From Octopus sinensis (taxonomy: Eukaryota), in the NCBI RefSeq assembly GCF_006345805.1, contig NC_043003.1:71672001-71736000 (forward strand): DNA of 64,000 bases. Reading direction: 5' to 3'. The position numbers were made by a program, and so were the translations under genes. Numbering within the stretch: the stretch's first letter is position 1; each line of letters begins with the position of its first letter. A model generated the notes under the pieces. That model did not search any database. It had not been told where the DNA came from and saw only the letters and a program-made list of their open reading frames with translations. This document shows positions 62,283 through 64,000 of this stretch, in pieces.

Positions 62283-64000
62283 TTCACCAAACCAGATCGA
62301 TAAAATGACGTAGCGGTTCGACATACAGGATCGATAAAATGACATAGTGTTTCTACAAACGAGATCGATAAAATGGCGTAGCAGTTCACCAAACGAGATC
62401 GATAAAATGACGTAGCGGTTCGCCAAACGAGATCGATAAAATGACGTAGCGGTTCGCCAAGTGAGATCGATAAAATGACGTAACAGTTCGACAAACGAGA
62501 TAAATAAAATGACGTAGCGGTTCGCCAAACAAGATCGATAAAATGACTTAGAGGTTCGCCAAACGAGATCGATAAAATGACGTAGCGGTTCGCCAAACGA
62601 GATCGATAAAATGACGTAGCGGTTCGCCAAGTGAGATCGATAAAATGACGTAACAGTTCGACAAACGAGATAAATAAAATGACGTAGCGGTTCGCCAAAC
62701 AAGATCGATAAAATGACTTAGAGGTTCGCCAAACGAGATCGATAAAATGACATAGCGGTTCGCAAAACAAGATCGATAAAATGACGTAGCGGTTCGCCAA
62801 ATATGATCGATAAAATGACGTAGCGATTCGACAAACGAGATCGATAAAACAACGTAGCGGTTCACCAAACGAGATCGATAATATGACATAGCGGTTCGCA
62901 AAACGAGACCGATAAAATGACGTAGCGGTTCGCCAAACGGGATCGATAAAATGACGTAGCGTTTCAACAAAGGAGATCGATAAAATGACATAGCGGTTCG
63001 ACAAACGAGATCAATAAAATGACGTAGCTTTTTGCCAAACGAGATCGATAAATTACGTAGTGGTTCGCGGAAGAAGATCGATAAAATGATCTACCGGTTC
63101 GCGGAACGAGATCGATAAAATGACATAGCAGTTCGTCAAACGAGATCGATGAAAAGACGTAGTGTTTTGCCGAACGAGATCGATAAAATGACGTTGCGGT
63201 TCGACACACGAGATCGGTAAAATGACGTAGCGGTTCGCCAAACGAGATCGATAAAATGACCTAGCGGTTCGCGGAACCAGATCGATGATATGACTTAGCG
63301 GTTCGACGAAGGATATCGATAAAATGACGTAGCGGTTCGACAAACGAGATCGATAAAATGACCTAGCTGTTCGCCAAACGAGATCGATAAAATGATGTAG
63401 CCATTCGCTAAACAAGATCGATAAATTGACAGAGCAGTTCACGAAACGAAATGGATAATTTGATGTAGCGGTTTGCCAAAGGAGATCGATAAAATGACGT
63501 AGCGGTTCGCCAAATGAGATCGATAAAATGAGATAGCGGTTCGCCAAACGAAATCGATAAAATGATGAAGCGATTCGCTAAACGAGATCGATAAAATGAC
63601 TTAGCGGTTCACCAAACGAGATCGATGATATGACTTAGCGGTTCGACTAAGGATATCGATAAAATGATGTAGCTGTTTGCCAAACGAGATCGATAAAATT
63701 ACGTGGCGGTTCGACAAACAATGTCGATAAAATGACGTAGCGGTTCGCCAAATGATATCGAAAAAATGATGTAGCGGTTCGCCAAACGAGATCGATAAAG
63801 TGACCTAGCGCTTCGACAAACGAGATCATAAATTGACGTAGCGGTTCGCCAAACGAGATCGATAAAATGACTTAGCGTTTCGCCAAACGAGATCGATAAA
63901 ATGATGTAGCGGTTCGCCAAACGAGGTCGATAAAATGTTGTAACGGTTCGCGAAACAACATCGATAATTTGATGTAGCGGTTCGCTAAACAATGTCGATA
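62283..64000. repeat. 34-bp CpG-rich satellite, about 50 units, running off the window
   Basis: Consensus TTCGCCAAACGAGATCGATAAAATGACGTAGCGG; GATAAAATGA recurs at 62401, 62435 and onward. Confidence 0.98.

Noticed and set aside
62190-63992. Long ORFs (up to 249 aa) with a 34-aa period FGEPLRHFIDLVWRTATSFYRSRLANRYVILSIS in all three minus frames
   Set aside because: Arithmetic consequence of a 34-bp unit that happens to lack stop triplets on one strand; no promoter, splice or codon evidence
62283-64000. 34-bp repeat as a CRISPR array
   Set aside because: Head-to-tail units with no unique spacers

Overview
AT-rich, microsatellite-dense animal DNA. The repeat repertoire (tRNA-derived SINEs, RTE LINEs with (GAT)n tails, mariners, TTAA MITEs) points to an octopus genome; this is inferred from recognising the repeat families. 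No complete host gene is visible. The best host signal is a CpG-retaining promoter at about 49.5 kb (ETS, NRF1-like and ZNF143/Staf-like motifs) with a candidate minus-strand first exon (MESSSIGKGTRPTGLTIPS, phase 1). The CpG-depleted 1-36 kb region looks like the intron of such a gene. The rest is transposons: a near-intact full-length RTE LINE, two inverted RTE 3' halves, two Tx1/L1-clade LINE fragments, CR1, several mariner/Tc1/maT/pogo/hAT/piggyBac derivatives, Helitrons and SINEs, plus four minisatellite or satellite arrays. The most notable observations are: (1) a SINE whose ~40-nt 3' tail matches the 3' end of a Tx1-clade LINE in the same window, while other copies of that SINE carry different tails; (2) a CpG-rich 34-bp satellite with 5- and 10-unit higher-order structure that begins just inside a Tc1-like terminus; (3) hammerhead-like remnants, foldback palindromes and candidate micro or alternative exons. 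Everything was read by eye, so boundaries are approximate and no database search was run.
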